A model generated the notes under the pieces. That model saw nothing but the letters and a program-made list of their open reading frames with translations. It made no database searches and had not been told where the DNA came from. 64,000 nt of DNA, taken from the sequence record MK568540.2. One strand, given 5' to 3'. The first letter of the stretch is position 1, and the number at the start of each line of letters is the position of its first letter. A program made the position numbers and the translations under genes. This document shows positions 54,316 through 64,000 of the stretch, piece by piece.

Positions 54316-54534
54316 TTATTTCCAATCAGTGTCATTACCGACGCGAATTAAACTTTGGCGCTTGTTGCAATGTGTACACACTCGCTTGCTACCTTTCTTG
54401 TATTCCCATGTATGCCAACCAAACATACAAAAGATTTTCTTCAGCCATGGGTTTTGCAGTACAAAAAATAGAACTGCTGCCAGAAATATAATCATGTTCA
54501 TTAGTATAGACCTCTCATTAATTGTGGTTTGCAA
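54316..54534 (-). CDS. Small membrane protein with C/H motif
   Basis: C.FG.H.W...C.HC. Confidence 0.55.
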   Translation of the reverse strand: MQTTINERSILMNMIIFLAAVLFFVLQNPWLKKIFCMFGWHTWEYKKGSKRVCTHCNKRQSLIRVGNDTDWK

Positions 54535-55073
54535 GCTTTTAACTTGCGCATTGTGTTGATTATCTTACTTGCATACTTCTCAGCACGAGGTTCCCAACGT
54601 TTACCTTTGTAGAAACCACCGTTGTAGCTTGCATACACTTCACGCCAATTGTGATGACCTCGAATCTTTTTCCAATATTCAAGTTCTTCTATTGCAAGCT
54701 GCACTGATACGGTACGATCAGTAAGCAAGATTGTTTTCACGTCTTCAGGGTTATTGAGGTCATACGGACCGAAATCTCGACCTGCTTTCTCCCATCGCTT
54801 CAAGCGCGTTGTTGCTGTTTTGATGTTGTTTTGCATCAAACCATAGTCTTTCGTTCTATGGTTTATCATCTGCTCACCCGCACTTGATTCGACAATTGCG
54901 ATTGCTGCTAGAGACCAGCTCAAATCATTAAACCAACCGTTCACAAACACTGCACGTACATTATGCCATTGCTTTTCAGACAGTTCTTGACCTTTAAATT
55001 TCACGTGACACTGATTGCTTGCAGTTGCATTAAATGCACACACTGCTAAAAGCAGCGTAAATAACTTCTTCAT
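54501..55073 (-). CDS. SLT/lysozyme-like transglycosylase with signal peptide
   Basis: AIAIVESS, YGLMQ, ASYNGG; start MKKLFTLLL. Confidence 0.8.
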   Translation of the reverse strand: MKKLFTLLLAVCAFNATASNQCHVKFKGQELSEKQWHNVRAVFVNGWFNDLSWSLAAIAIVESSAGEQMINHRTKDYGLMQNNIKTATTRLKRWEKAGRDFGPYDLNNPEDVKTILLTDRTVSVQLAIEELEYWKKIRGHHNWREVYASYNGGFYKGKRWEPRAEKYASKIINTMRKLKACKPQLMRGLY

Positions 55074-55145
55074 ATTTGATCTCTTTGTCGATTTAGCACA
55101 CGAATGATACAAAAAAGGGCTGACATCTGTCAACCCTTTTTTTAA

Positions 55146-55445
55146 TTATTTTGCACGCGCTTCCCATCGCGCTTCTTCAAGTGCATGAATTTTTGCCTTG
55201 AAGTCATCAAACCCACCAACATGAACACCATCAAAGAACACTTGAGGTAGAGTCTTTAACTCTTGACCAAGTTCGTGCATTCGTCTTTCAAGTTCTTCAC
55301 GGTTATGTTTATGTGCGTCTGTAACCTTTTCTTTTGCAAGCGGAATGAAATCGAAAATCAAACCACGTGTTTCAGCTAGTCGTTTTGCTTTCAAGCAAGG
55401 AACGCAGCGAAAATCGCTTTCGTCCCAACCAAATATTTCTAACAA
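55146..55445 (-). CDS. nrdC: Glutaredoxin
   Basis: CVPC and TLPQVF..G..VGGFD. Confidence 0.9.
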   Translation of the reverse strand: MLEIFGWDESDFRCVPCLKAKRLAETRGLIFDFIPLAKEKVTDAHKHNREELERRMHELGQELKTLPQVFFDGVHVGGFDDFKAKIHALEEARWEARAK

Positions 55446-55446
55446 T

Positions 55447-56571
55447 TTACACCTCTAACGTTTTCAGGAATTCAGCGCGTACAGTTGAATCAATCTGACC
55501 AACAAGATACGAACTCAGTTCAGCTTCTTGTGCTGCTACTTGTACTGAATCACTATTTAGCCATTTGCGAATCCACGGTAATGGGTGCTTACGGCGAGGG
55601 TATGGGCTGTTTAAACCAACTGAACGCATACGACTATCAGCAAGATATTCAACGTATTCACATAGAATCTGAGCATTCAGACCAGGAACTGTGCCTTTAG
55701 AGAACAAAGAATGTGCCCATTCTTTCTCTTGCTCAACAACTTGCATGAAGATTTTTTCAGCTTCAGGTTGAAGACGACGAGCAATCTCAAGCATTTCAGG
55801 GTCATCTTTACCTGCATGCCAGATGTTGAGTAATGCTTGTGTACCTTTCAAGTGAAGTTGTTCATCACGAGCAATGAGTTTCATCACTTTCGCGTTGCCT
55901 TCCATGATACCTTGCTCTGCAAAGTTGAAAGTACATGCGAATGATACATAGAAACGAATTGCTTCAAGTGCGTTTACTGCGTGCATACACAGATATAGTG
56001 CTTCTTTTACTGCGGTTTCTTGAATACTCAAGATGTACGAAGTACAATTCATTGCTTTGAGCTGTTGCAATTTCTGTGTTTCAGCGATGAGTTTATCATA
56101 ATGCTCTGTAACTGCACTAGCACGAGCCATGATAGATTCGTCGAGAACAATCTCGTCAAACACCGCGCTTGGGTTTGCATACAAGTTACGCATAATATGC
56201 GTGTAAGAGCGACTATGAATCGTTTCACTGAAATCCCATGTCGTTACCCAGTTTTCAAAAGCATTGTCGCTACAGATAGGCAAGAACGCGATATTGGGCG
56301 CACGACCTTGAACTGAGTCAAGCAGAGATTGGTATTTTAGATTTTGAGTGAAGACAAACTTCCAATGCTCAGGCATACGGTCAAAATCTTGTGAGTCACG
56401 AGTCAAGTCAACTTCTTCTGGTCGCCAAAAGAAACTAAGTTGTTTTTCAGTGAGTTGATCGAATACTGCATGTTTTACAGTTTCGAAACGAGAAATATTC
56501 GGGTCATCGCCCAAGAAAAGAGGTTGCTCAAGATGAGCAACCTGGTTTTTATTAAAAATCGTTTTAGACAT
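55447..56571 (-). CDS. nrdB: Ribonucleotide reductase class Ia beta subunit
   Basis: FFWRPEE, ETIHSRSY, EAIRFYVSF, RDEQLH. Confidence 0.97.
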   Translation of the reverse strand: MSKTIFNKNQVAHLEQPLFLGDDPNISRFETVKHAVFDQLTEKQLSFFWRPEEVDLTRDSQDFDRMPEHWKFVFTQNLKYQSLLDSVQGRAPNIAFLPICSDNAFENWVTTWDFSETIHSRSYTHIMRNLYANPSAVFDEIVLDESIMARASAVTEHYDKLIAETQKLQQLKAMNCTSYILSIQETAVKEALYLCMHAVNALEAIRFYVSFACTFNFAEQGIMEGNAKVMKLIARDEQLHLKGTQALLNIWHAGKDDPEMLEIARRLQPEAEKIFMQVVEQEKEWAHSLFSKGTVPGLNAQILCEYVEYLADSRMRSVGLNSPYPRRKHPLPWIRKWLNSDSVQVAAQEAELSSYLVGQIDSTVRAEFLKTLEV

Positions 56572-56580
56572 TATCTACCT

Positions 56581-58806
56581 TTAAACTTTACAACCATCAC
56601 AGTCTTCATCGCCTTCGTTGCCGTCAGCACCGTCGCGAGTGTTAGAATAATAAAGCGTTTTGATACCGTAGTGGCTACAGAACGCAAGCTCTTCGAAGAT
56701 TCGTTCCATTGCGATCTTACCGTTAGCAACTTGGGACGGGTCGTAGTATTCATTCGCTGAAATACTCTGGTCTACAAACTTCTGCATGATTGCTACAAGA
56801 GTCAAATAACCGAAGTTGTCTTTACCACATGCTTTCCATGCTAGACCGTATTCATCTTTCAGTAAATCAACTTCAGGTACAACTTGGTTGAATACACCGT
56901 CTTTTGATTGCTTAGTCGAGACTAGAGCACGCGGCGGTTCAATCCCGTTTGTGCTGTTGCTAATCTGAGAGCTACTTTCACAAGGCATGAAAGCTGAAGT
57001 GGTGTCATTTCGCATACCGTAACGAATTACGTCAGCGCGAAGTGCTTCCCAATCTAAATTATAATTCGGCTTGACAAGCTTATCAACATTTTTATTGTAC
57101 CAGTCAATCGGTAATTTACCTTGAGCCCATCGAGTCTTACGATGCCACTTGTTCGGCCCTCGTTCTTTCGCTAACATCATCGATGCTTGAATGTTGTAGT
57201 AAGACATTGCTTCCATCCACTCATGCACGAGATACTTAGCTGAATCATCGTAACCAACAAAGTTCTTCGCTAAGAAATAAGCAAAGTTAGTTATACCAAC
57301 ACCTAGAGCACGACGATATTTCGCCTTTTCCGCTGCTTTCACAGGGTAATCTTGGTAATCTAGTAGATTATCAAGCGCACGAATGATGATCGGTGCAAGA
57401 TGAGCAAACTCACTAGGCGATTCGATAGCACCTAAGTTGTATGCAGCAAGCGTACACAGTGCAATCTCTTCATCTGCTGAGCCTAACGGGTACGTAGGAA
57501 GAGCGATTTCCATACACAAGTTTGATTGCTTGATTGCTTCGATGTACGGTGATTGAGCATTCAAGTTATCAACAAAGATCGGGTAGATACGACCAGTGCC
57601 GTTACGCTCTTGACCAAACATACTGAATAGCTCAGTTGCTTTGATGCGCTTTTTACGCACATTCGGGTCAGCTTCAAGTTCTAGGTAAAGTTTTTCGAAT
57701 TGCTCTGGGTTTGTGTGATATTCACCATATAGAGCACCATGACGTTCGTCAGGACTGAATAGCGTGATGTAATCGTTATTCACAAGACGCTCAAGCATCA
57801 ATCGACTGATTGATACACTGTAGTCAAGATGACGAATACGGTTTTCTTCAACACCTTTGTTGTTCTTCAGAACTAACAGTTTTTCAACTTCTAAGTGCCA
57901 AATCGGGTAAGTTAGAGTCGCAGCACCACCACGTACACCACCTTGAGAACACGATTTAACCGCAGTTTGAAAGTGTTTCCAGAATGGAATTACACCAGTG
58001 TGACGAATCTCACCTGAACGAACGACTGCCCCTTCAGCACGAATCGCACCGCCGTTAACACCGATACCTGCACGCTTACTAATGTAACTTACAATTGATT
58101 TAGCCACTTCATTGATTGAATGCAAAGAGTCGCCTGATTCAATCTTAACACACGAACTAAACTGGCGTGTCGGGGTACGAACGCCAGCCATAATCGGTGT
58201 CGGTAATGAAAGTTTGTGAGTCGAAACTGCATTGTAGAAGTCAACGACGTGCTTAATGCGGTCATATTTCTCTTCTTGATGAAGACACATTGCAATGAGC
58301 ATGTAAGCATACTGAGGTGTTTCATAGATTGCGCCAGTACCGCGGTTTTTACATAGGTACTTTTCTTTCAACTGCATTACGCCAGCGTATGCAAATTCAA
58401 AGTCGCGCTCGTGTTTCACTTGCGATTCTAGATATTCAAGTTCATCATCTGACCATTTCTGAAGAATCTCAGAGTCGTAAACTTCAATCGCAGTGTTTCG
58501 TTCGATTAATTGTTTGAATGGGATAGGGTCGAACTGACCATATACATCTTTGCGAAGACCATACATAGCAAGACGAGCCGCGACATATTGATAGTCTGGC
58601 TCGTCTACTGAAATGCTATCGGCAGCGATCTTAATCGCTGCCTTTTGAATGTCTTTGCTCGTCATACCGTCGCTAAGTTGAGCTATAACGCGGTCAAGTA
58701 ATTGATGTGGATTTATTTTGGTGTTTTCACATGCATCTGATAAAACACGCATCAATTTACTTTCTTCAAATTCTTCTGTAATGCCAGAAGACTTCACTAC
58801 AAGCAT
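56581..58806 (-). CDS. nrdA: Ribonucleotide reductase class Ia alpha subunit
   Basis: ATP cone, PTPIMAG, SNLCMEI, C-terminal CDGCKV. Confidence 0.97.
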   Translation of the reverse strand: MLVVKSSGITEEFEESKLMRVLSDACENTKINPHQLLDRVIAQLSDGMTSKDIQKAAIKIAADSISVDEPDYQYVAARLAMYGLRKDVYGQFDPIPFKQLIERNTAIEVYDSEILQKWSDDELEYLESQVKHERDFEFAYAGVMQLKEKYLCKNRGTGAIYETPQYAYMLIAMCLHQEEKYDRIKHVVDFYNAVSTHKLSLPTPIMAGVRTPTRQFSSCVKIESGDSLHSINEVAKSIVSYISKRAGIGVNGGAIRAEGAVVRSGEIRHTGVIPFWKHFQTAVKSCSQGGVRGGAATLTYPIWHLEVEKLLVLKNNKGVEENRIRHLDYSVSISRLMLERLVNNDYITLFSPDERHGALYGEYHTNPEQFEKLYLELEADPNVRKKRIKATELFSMFGQERNGTGRIYPIFVDNLNAQSPYIEAIKQSNLCMEIALPTYPLGSADEEIALCTLAAYNLGAIESPSEFAHLAPIIIRALDNLLDYQDYPVKAAEKAKYRRALGVGITNFAYFLAKNFVGYDDSAKYLVHEWMEAMSYYNIQASMMLAKERGPNKWHRKTRWAQGKLPIDWYNKNVDKLVKPNYNLDWEALRADVIRYGMRNDTTSAFMPCESSSQISNSTNGIEPPRALVSTKQSKDGVFNQVVPEVDLLKDEYGLAWKACGKDNFGYLTLVAIMQKFVDQSISANEYYDPSQVANGKIAMERIFEELAFCSHYGIKTLYYSNTRDGADGNEGDEDCDGCKV

Positions 58807-58838
58807 CAAAATTCCCTCGTTTGTTAATTGTTTTCTAT

Positions 58839-59315
58839 TTATTGATCTGAATCAACCTCACTTTCAGCTTGTTCAAGATCTTCAGATGATTTCACTCGAA
58901 TCTTGTATGCTTCGATGATTCGTTGACGGTATTTGCTGTTACGTTCTTTATAACACGTTCTCAAGTTTACATAAACTTTACCTGTCTGAGCTTTATTGAT
59001 TGTAATGCCAACCATGTACGGTGAATCAGGCTTATTACCGTATACGTTGATATGCTTCGGTCTTTCGCTTGCAGGCATGTTAGCAATTTTTAAGATTTCA
59101 TCTTGGTGATTTTTAATCAATCGACCTACGATAATTTCAAACACACGTGCAGGGAAAGAGTGATCCATGATTCGGTCAATCACATGATAGTCCATCGTGA
59201 CGTAAATACCTTTGTCTACTGCACCATGTCGATGAGCAACTTTGTTGATGTATTCACGACCTTCACGTAGAACTTTGTAACGATTCGTACCGTTAAAAAC
59301 TGATTCATATGGCAT
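58839..59315 (-). CDS. Hypothetical protein
   Basis: 158 aa ORF. Confidence 0.65.
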   Translation of the reverse strand: MPYESVFNGTNRYKVLREGREYINKVAHRHGAVDKGIYVTMDYHVIDRIMDHSFPARVFEIIVGRLIKNHQDEILKIANMPASERPKHINVYGNKPDSPYMVGITINKAQTGKVYVNLRTCYKERNSKYRQRIIEAYKIRVKSSEDLEQAESEVDSDQ

Positions 59316-59318
59316 AAT

Positions 59319-59522
59319 TTAATCTCCAATTTTCTTTAAAAGAAATTTTAATAGTTTACGAGCACCTGCTGATGTTTCAGTGTGCTTCTCTAAAGTATAG
59401 ATAGTCTCGTCATCGAGCGTGTTGAGATAATCGCATATTTTAATCTGCTGTTCAACACTTAATTTAACAAAGGGAAGTTCTTCAACACGCAAGCGCACTA
59501 AGTCTTGTGAAAGTAGACGCAT
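59319..59522 (-). CDS. Hypothetical protein
   Basis: 67 aa ORF. Confidence 0.55.
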   Translation of the reverse strand: MRLLSQDLVRLRVEELPFVKLSVEQQIKICDYLNTLDDETIYTLEKHTETSAGARKLLKFLLKKIGD

Positions 59523-59590
59523 TGTTTAATACCTTTCTTACTTGCGATAAAATACATTTTACACAATAACACAATGAGAGTCAACATTTT

Positions 59591-59821
59591 ATGAAAGCAA
59601 ATTTCAATATTCTCGCAATTGATAAATGGGAACAGGTTGTTGTCATTGATTGGGGTGATGATTGCGTGTATAAGCACGTATTACCGCGTGAAATAGTCGA
59701 ACACGAATTACCACTTGAGTCAGTTATTCATATTCTTGAAGACTTACGACCTCAAGCACCTGAAATCAAATCATTAAAATCACTGAATGCTTTAATGCAA
59801 AAGAACGAAAAGGGGAGCTAA
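59591..59821 (+). CDS. Hypothetical protein
   Basis: 76 aa; ends at a bidirectional terminator. Confidence 0.5.
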   Translation: MKANFNILAIDKWEQVVVIDWGDDCVYKHVLPREIVEHELPLESVIHILEDLRPQAPEIKSLKSLNALMQKNEKGS

Positions 59822-59834
59822 TCGCTCCCTTTTT

Positions 59835-60341
59835 TTATTCATACGTTACTTCAAATTCAAATTCAAAACCGCTTGGCATATGATCTGGTTCGATTTCATA
59901 TACATCTTCATCTTCAGATTCAAAATCAATGATTACCAGCTTTCGATCTGACGCATACAGAACTTGCACATCAACGTATTCATCATTAACCCATGCTTTG
60001 ATAAATTCACCTGATTGAAAGGGAACTTTAACTCGCGTGTTTTTAGTAGTTTCGTATTCGAACGTAAGCGTGTTTTTATCAACAATGCACTCACGACCAC
60101 CCCACTCAGTTAGATAATGTGAGACTTCTGCTCCTGTAGTAGTAAGACCGTCAACTACAGACAATGCATGACCTGTATCTGTCGAGACAAACGTGGCTGA
60201 ATTTAAAGTTGAGTCACTATGAACTTTAATCATATTTTCGTCTACACGACCTGATTCAAAAACGATTGAAACTTTATCATTTACACGTAGTGGGCGAGTT
60301 TTAGTGACTACTTTCTTTTCGTTAGTAAATTTGTAAAACAT
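59835..60341 (-). CDS. Hypothetical protein
   Basis: SD GGAGA; early-like promoter upstream. Confidence 0.65.
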   Translation of the reverse strand: MFYKFTNEKKVVTKTRPLRVNDKVSIVFESGRVDENMIKVHSDSTLNSATFVSTDTGHALSVVDGLTTTGAEVSHYLTEWGGRECIVDKNTLTFEYETTKNTRVKVPFQSGEFIKAWVNDEYVDVQVLYASDRKLVIIDFESEDEDVYEIEPDHMPSGFEFEFEVTYE

Positions 60342-60469
60342 AATATAATCTCCAATTATTAAAATGTAATCTCGTTTCGATGTAGTAATAATAGGGTTTT
60401 ATTGATTATCATGCAACCACTAAAACGAAAAAAGCCCCAATTAAGGGGCTTTTTGTGATTCAAGTCACA

Positions 60470-61189
60470 TTATTTGTTGATTTCAACTTCTAACTTGAGC
60501 ATTTCACACTGTAGAACTAGACCTTTGACTTCATCATAATGCTTGGTTGTTAGTGGTTCACCAGCATCGACTACGCTCATTAGTTTCACCTTAGCTCGAT
60601 TACAGTCTTTAACTGAACCACGTAGGTCACGAACAAGCTCAGGTGATAGAAGCACATCGTCATTAATCACTACAGACTCTTCAATTACTTTTTCAGCTTT
60701 GATTTCTTTCTTGCTGAATTCTTGTTCTTCGATTACGACGCGATCTTTGATTTCTTCGGCTTCTTCTTTCGCAAGTTTGATTTGCATTGCAATTCGAGCG
60801 CGGTCAGATTTATTACATTGCTCAACCAACGGGATGCCGTACTTCAGTTTCCATTGATTGCTCAACGTGTAGTCTCGTTCGAGCATACCATGCTCACGCT
60901 CTGCTGCAATTACAGAGTCAATGACATCACAGAACGGTACTTCAGCATCTGAACGAGGCGTTGGATCTTGACCGAAATGTACTCGATTCTTAACGATTTC
61001 AACGTACACGTTATCATAACGACTTAGAAAACTCGGCGCAGCAAACACGTTCAGCATGTCTTTTTCAGTTTGAGATAGCACGGGTTTTGCCGCGTCTAAA
61101 CGATCTGTTGATGCAGTGTCAATAGTGTCAGTACAACCAGTCATTACCACTGATGCTGCTAGTGCTGCGATTGCGATTAGTTTTTTCAT
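60470..61189 (-). CDS. Lipoprotein
   Basis: MKKLIAIAALAASVVMTGC lipobox. Confidence 0.75.
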   Translation of the reverse strand: MKKLIAIAALAASVVMTGCTDTIDTASTDRLDAAKPVLSQTEKDMLNVFAAPSFLSRYDNVYVEIVKNRVHFGQDPTPRSDAEVPFCDVIDSVIAAEREHGMLERDYTLSNQWKLKYGIPLVEQCNKSDRARIAMQIKLAKEEAEEIKDRVVIEEQEFSKKEIKAEKVIEESVVINDDVLLSPELVRDLRGSVKDCNRAKVKLMSVVDAGEPLTTKHYDEVKGLVLQCEMLKLEVEINK

Positions 61190-61200
61190 GATGTTCTCTC

Positions 61201-61461
61201 TTATTTGTCAAATTTGATGTAGAAGTATTGTGTGTTATTGTTCCCTGTTGGTACGCAAGTCAAGTACGGTTGCATGCCTTCGGGGCACTGAGCAAAAAAT
61301 TCAGGGTTAAGACGTTGAATAACGTACCAGAATTCACTGCGTTTTTCTTCCCACTCTGCTAATGCTTTCTTTCTGAATTTCATTGGCTTTTGGTGAAGCA
61401 CTACATATGCGCGGCGATGTAGCCAATGATTTTTAATGTGAAGAGTTACTTCATCTTTCAT
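61201..61461 (-). CDS. Hypothetical protein
   Basis: 86 aa ORF. Confidence 0.6.
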   Translation of the reverse strand: MKDEVTLHIKNHWLHRRAYVVLHQKPMKFRKKALAEWEEKRSEFWYVIQRLNPEFFAQCPEGMQPYLTCVPTGNNNTQYFYIKFDK

Positions 61462-61525
61462 GATATTGTTCTCTCGTTAGTTGTTGAGTGACATATTACA
61501 GCCACTCAACGTTGTTGTCAACTAT

Positions 61526-62755
61526 TTAGTTGAAATTAATTACTTGACCGTCGTCTACATCACGTAGCACATCGTATTCTTCGATGAATTGAGCCATTTT
61601 ACAGTTCTTATCACCGACTGTGAAACTGCTTTGTTCATTCATATATTCAACGGCAGCAAGATAATCTTGATATTCTTGGTCATCTTCGTCATACCAATCG
61701 CTGAACTTCTCGTGCAGATCTTCGCGGCGTAGAGTCAGGCGAGTTGTACGCTCGACTTTGAGTTGAACTGATTCTTCAAAATACCAATCTGGTTGTAGAT
61801 CTTCGATGATGTCTGCCATTTTACGAAGACGTTCAGCGTCTGCACACATGTCGTGACATTGACCAGAAGTCATAGCAGGCATAAATTCAAGGTTATTCGC
61901 CAAGAAGAAGCGAGACGTCCATTTACCACCGATATATGCTTCAGCAATCTTTTGACCGAAATCGTTTTCTTTCATGTCAACAATCGGGTGAGTTTCAGTC
62001 AACCATTCCGAGCGTTCGAACTGCGTATCAAATTTAACCATGTCAACTTGCAGTTCGATTAAACTATCAATGATTTCTTTCTTCTCTTCTTCTGTTTTCG
62101 TATCGTCTTTTTCAAGTTCAATACGCGCACGTTCGATTTGAAGTCTACCACGAGCTGAAATCATTTCAAGATTAGATGTAGATTTTGAATATTTCGCTAC
62201 AAATTCGTCAACTTCTTCTGTAAACGTGTATGTCTTCGCGTCTTCACCCCAACCCGTAGTATACGTACCATCGAGAATCATTTGCTGATAAATCTCTTCG
62301 TGAATTGCCATTTTCGCAATCAGACTAACGCCGTGACACGTTTTCACACGCAACGCACCGCTATGTTCCATGTCTTGAAGTTGATTCATATCTTCGATTT
62401 CATCAATTTCCATGTAATCGTGATATTCGTTGTAGTCGTCAAGCGACTTCCCTTCTGGAACACGATTCGGCATATAAATGTTGTTAATCGCCTTGAGCGT
62501 CAACGATTCCATATCAGCGTCTTCGAATTCGTAATTGTTGTAATCAGCATACTTAGCTAGAAGCGGGTAACCAATGACTTTAAACGTATCCCACGGGTAA
62601 CACTTACTTCCCATTAGAACATTGCTGTAGAGCGATTTCGAGCGCAAGTTGTAATGTTGATCAAACGTGTCCATGACTAAGAAGAACACACGCGCTTTCT
62701 GACCTTCTAGAATAGGTGTACGTGAGATTGCGCAAGTTGTGTTGAATGAACCCAT
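61526..62755 (-). CDS. Hypothetical protein
   Basis: 409 aa; MGSFNTTCAISRTPI N-terminus. Confidence 0.7.
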   Translation of the reverse strand: MGSFNTTCAISRTPILEGQKARVFFLVMDTFDQHYNLRSKSLYSNVLMGSKCYPWDTFKVIGYPLLAKYADYNNYEFEDADMESLTLKAINNIYMPNRVPEGKSLDDYNEYHDYMEIDEIEDMNQLQDMEHSGALRVKTCHGVSLIAKMAIHEEIYQQMILDGTYTTGWGEDAKTYTFTEEVDEFVAKYSKSTSNLEMISARGRLQIERARIELEKDDTKTEEEKKEIIDSLIELQVDMVKFDTQFERSEWLTETHPIVDMKENDFGQKIAEAYIGGKWTSRFFLANNLEFMPAMTSGQCHDMCADAERLRKMADIIEDLQPDWYFEESVQLKVERTTRLTLRREDLHEKFSDWYDEDDQEYQDYLAAVEYMNEQSSFTVGDKNCKMAQFIEEYDVLRDVDDGQVINFN

Positions 62756-62807
62756 TATTTTGTCTCCATTTGAGCGATTTTAAGTTGATGTAAGTATTCT
62801 AATTGAA

Positions 62808-63134
62808 TTAAGCGAAGTGTGCAAGCACCTTTTTACCAAATTCGTTAGATTCTTCAAGAGAAGCAGCACCTGCACTCATTGTTAAGAATTGATCTGTCAT
62901 TGTTTGCATAAGAATAATGCGGTCGAAATCAGCAACTGTCGCTTCAGCGATAATAGCTGGCTTACCAGTCACGATAGTTGAAATTAGATTGAATCGACGA
63001 GCGACATCTGAACCTTCCATAGCATAAGAACCGTTACGAAACTTATATTGACCTTGATTTGTTTCGCGCTCGAAGTTGAAACCTTCAACAACTTTAGTTT
63101 TTTGAGCTTTAGTCATGTTAGTAGTTAGTTGCAT
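62808..63134 (-). CDS. Hypothetical protein
   Basis: 108 aa ORF. Confidence 0.65.
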   Translation of the reverse strand: MQLTTNMTKAQKTKVVEGFNFERETNQGQYKFRNGSYAMEGSDVARRFNLISTIVTGKPAIIAEATVADFDRIILMQTMTDQFLTMSAGAASLEESNEFGKKVLAHFA

Positions 63135-63241
63135 AATGTTCTCTCTTTGTTTTCGTATCTCGTTTCGATGTAGATATAATACAAAAAAAGGGTTGCCGAA
63201 GCAACCCTAAATTTACGATTTTTAGTGATCAATGTCACGTT

Positions 63242-64000
63242 TTACGCTGTTCGAATCTTCTTGGCGATTTTCCATTCACCTTCGTTGATAAAATCAGCTT
63301 GCACGTCAGACAGTTTACGAGCTTCTTCAAGTGAGAAGTCAGCAACTGTTACACCGTTTTCGAAGATTGTCTGCATCACGCTCTGAGGGTGTACGCGATT
63401 GTCGTAATCTTCAGTAGAGAACGTCACGTAACCACGAGCTGCTGGGTTCGGATTTTCTGCATCGACTGCAATCAAATCTAAGAAACCTGCTTTTGATGCT
63501 TTTGTTGGGTCAGTCTTCGGCATTTTGAACACACTAACGTATTCGCCGTTGATGATCGCCGCTGACATTTTCATTGCAAAACGTTGAGTATCACGGTCAA
63601 GTTGCTGAAGCAAACCACCACCCATACCGAATGCAATGTTTTCTGCCGACCAACCTTTACTTTCCATGTAAGATAGAATTCGACGAATTTCTTCGATGTT
63701 CACGCCGTCGCCTTGAATGATACGGTAACTAGGGTGTAGAACTTTGTAACCCTTGCTGTTGATTGTGTAACCAACGTTCTTAGCAAGAATTTCAAGACCT
63801 TTCATTACTACATCTACAGGTACACCAGAGTCAGGACGAGCAACAAACGTACCGCCTTTACTGATGATTAACTCTTTGAAACGACCAGTCGAGACACGAT
63901 TCATTGCTGCTTCGTAGTCGTAGCTGTCCATTACACAAGCGTATAGAGCTGCGCCCCATTGCTCGATAGAGTTCAAGAATGCTTGATCTTCGCCAAATTC
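63242..64000 (-). CDS. nadV: Nicotinamide phosphoribosyltransferase (partial; continues beyond the window)
   Basis: VMDSYD, ARPDSG, RIIQGDGV, FGMGGGLLQ, RDTQRFAMK. Confidence 0.92.
   Translation of the reverse strand, partial: EFGEDQAFLNSIEQWGAALYACVMDSYDYEAAMNRVSTGRFKELIISKGGTFVARPDSGVPVDVVMKGLEILAKNVGYTINSKGYKVLHPSYRIIQGDGVNIEEIRRILSYMESKGWSAENIAFGMGGGLLQQLDRDTQRFAMKMSAAIINGEYVSVFKMPKTDPTKASKAGFLDLIAVDAENPNPAARGYVTFSTEDYDNRVHPQSVMQTIFENGVTVADFSLEEARKLSDVQADFINEGEWKIAKKIRTA

Noticed and set aside
55447-58806. Introns, inteins or homing endonucleases in nrdA/nrdB
   Set aside because: Both ORFs are uninterrupted and of normal length.

Overview
This window is a 64 kb segment of a large T4-like (Straboviridae) phage genome. 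The gene set resembles KVP40/nt-1-type vibriophages (inference). In order it holds: baseplate and tail genes (gp7, 6, 25, 5.4, 5, hub, 53, 48, 4, 2, 54, 26, 51, 29, 3); gp1, 57A and 57B/Acb1; a ~10 kb RNA-gene island with 29 canonical tRNAs covering all 20 amino acids; a tail-fibre/adhesin block; and an accessory/metabolic region (Tad2-like, AsiA, PhoH, endolysin, ADP-ribosyltransferase-like, QueE, gp52, nrdABC, NAMPT). The main discovery is a 12-copy covarying RNA motif: a 6-bp helix starting with G, then 3 nt, then C(A/T)GCA(A), with the partner strand ending in C followed by TG/AG. It appears in several topologies: inserted in the anticodon arm of five tRNA-like genes, closing a circularly permuted tRNA, closing minimal RNAs, closing two paralogous ~230-260 nt RNAs, and overlapping the start codon of a DUF2828/TROVE(Ro60)-like vWA gene. 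This suggests a phage Ro60-like RNP with its own Y-like, tRNA-mimic RNAs and translational autoregulation (inference). The island also has a tandem covarying pseudoknot repeat resembling a type III antitoxin, a tmRNA-shaped RNA without Ala identity, and several orphan structured RNAs. Family assignments come from motif recognition and memory; no database searches were run.
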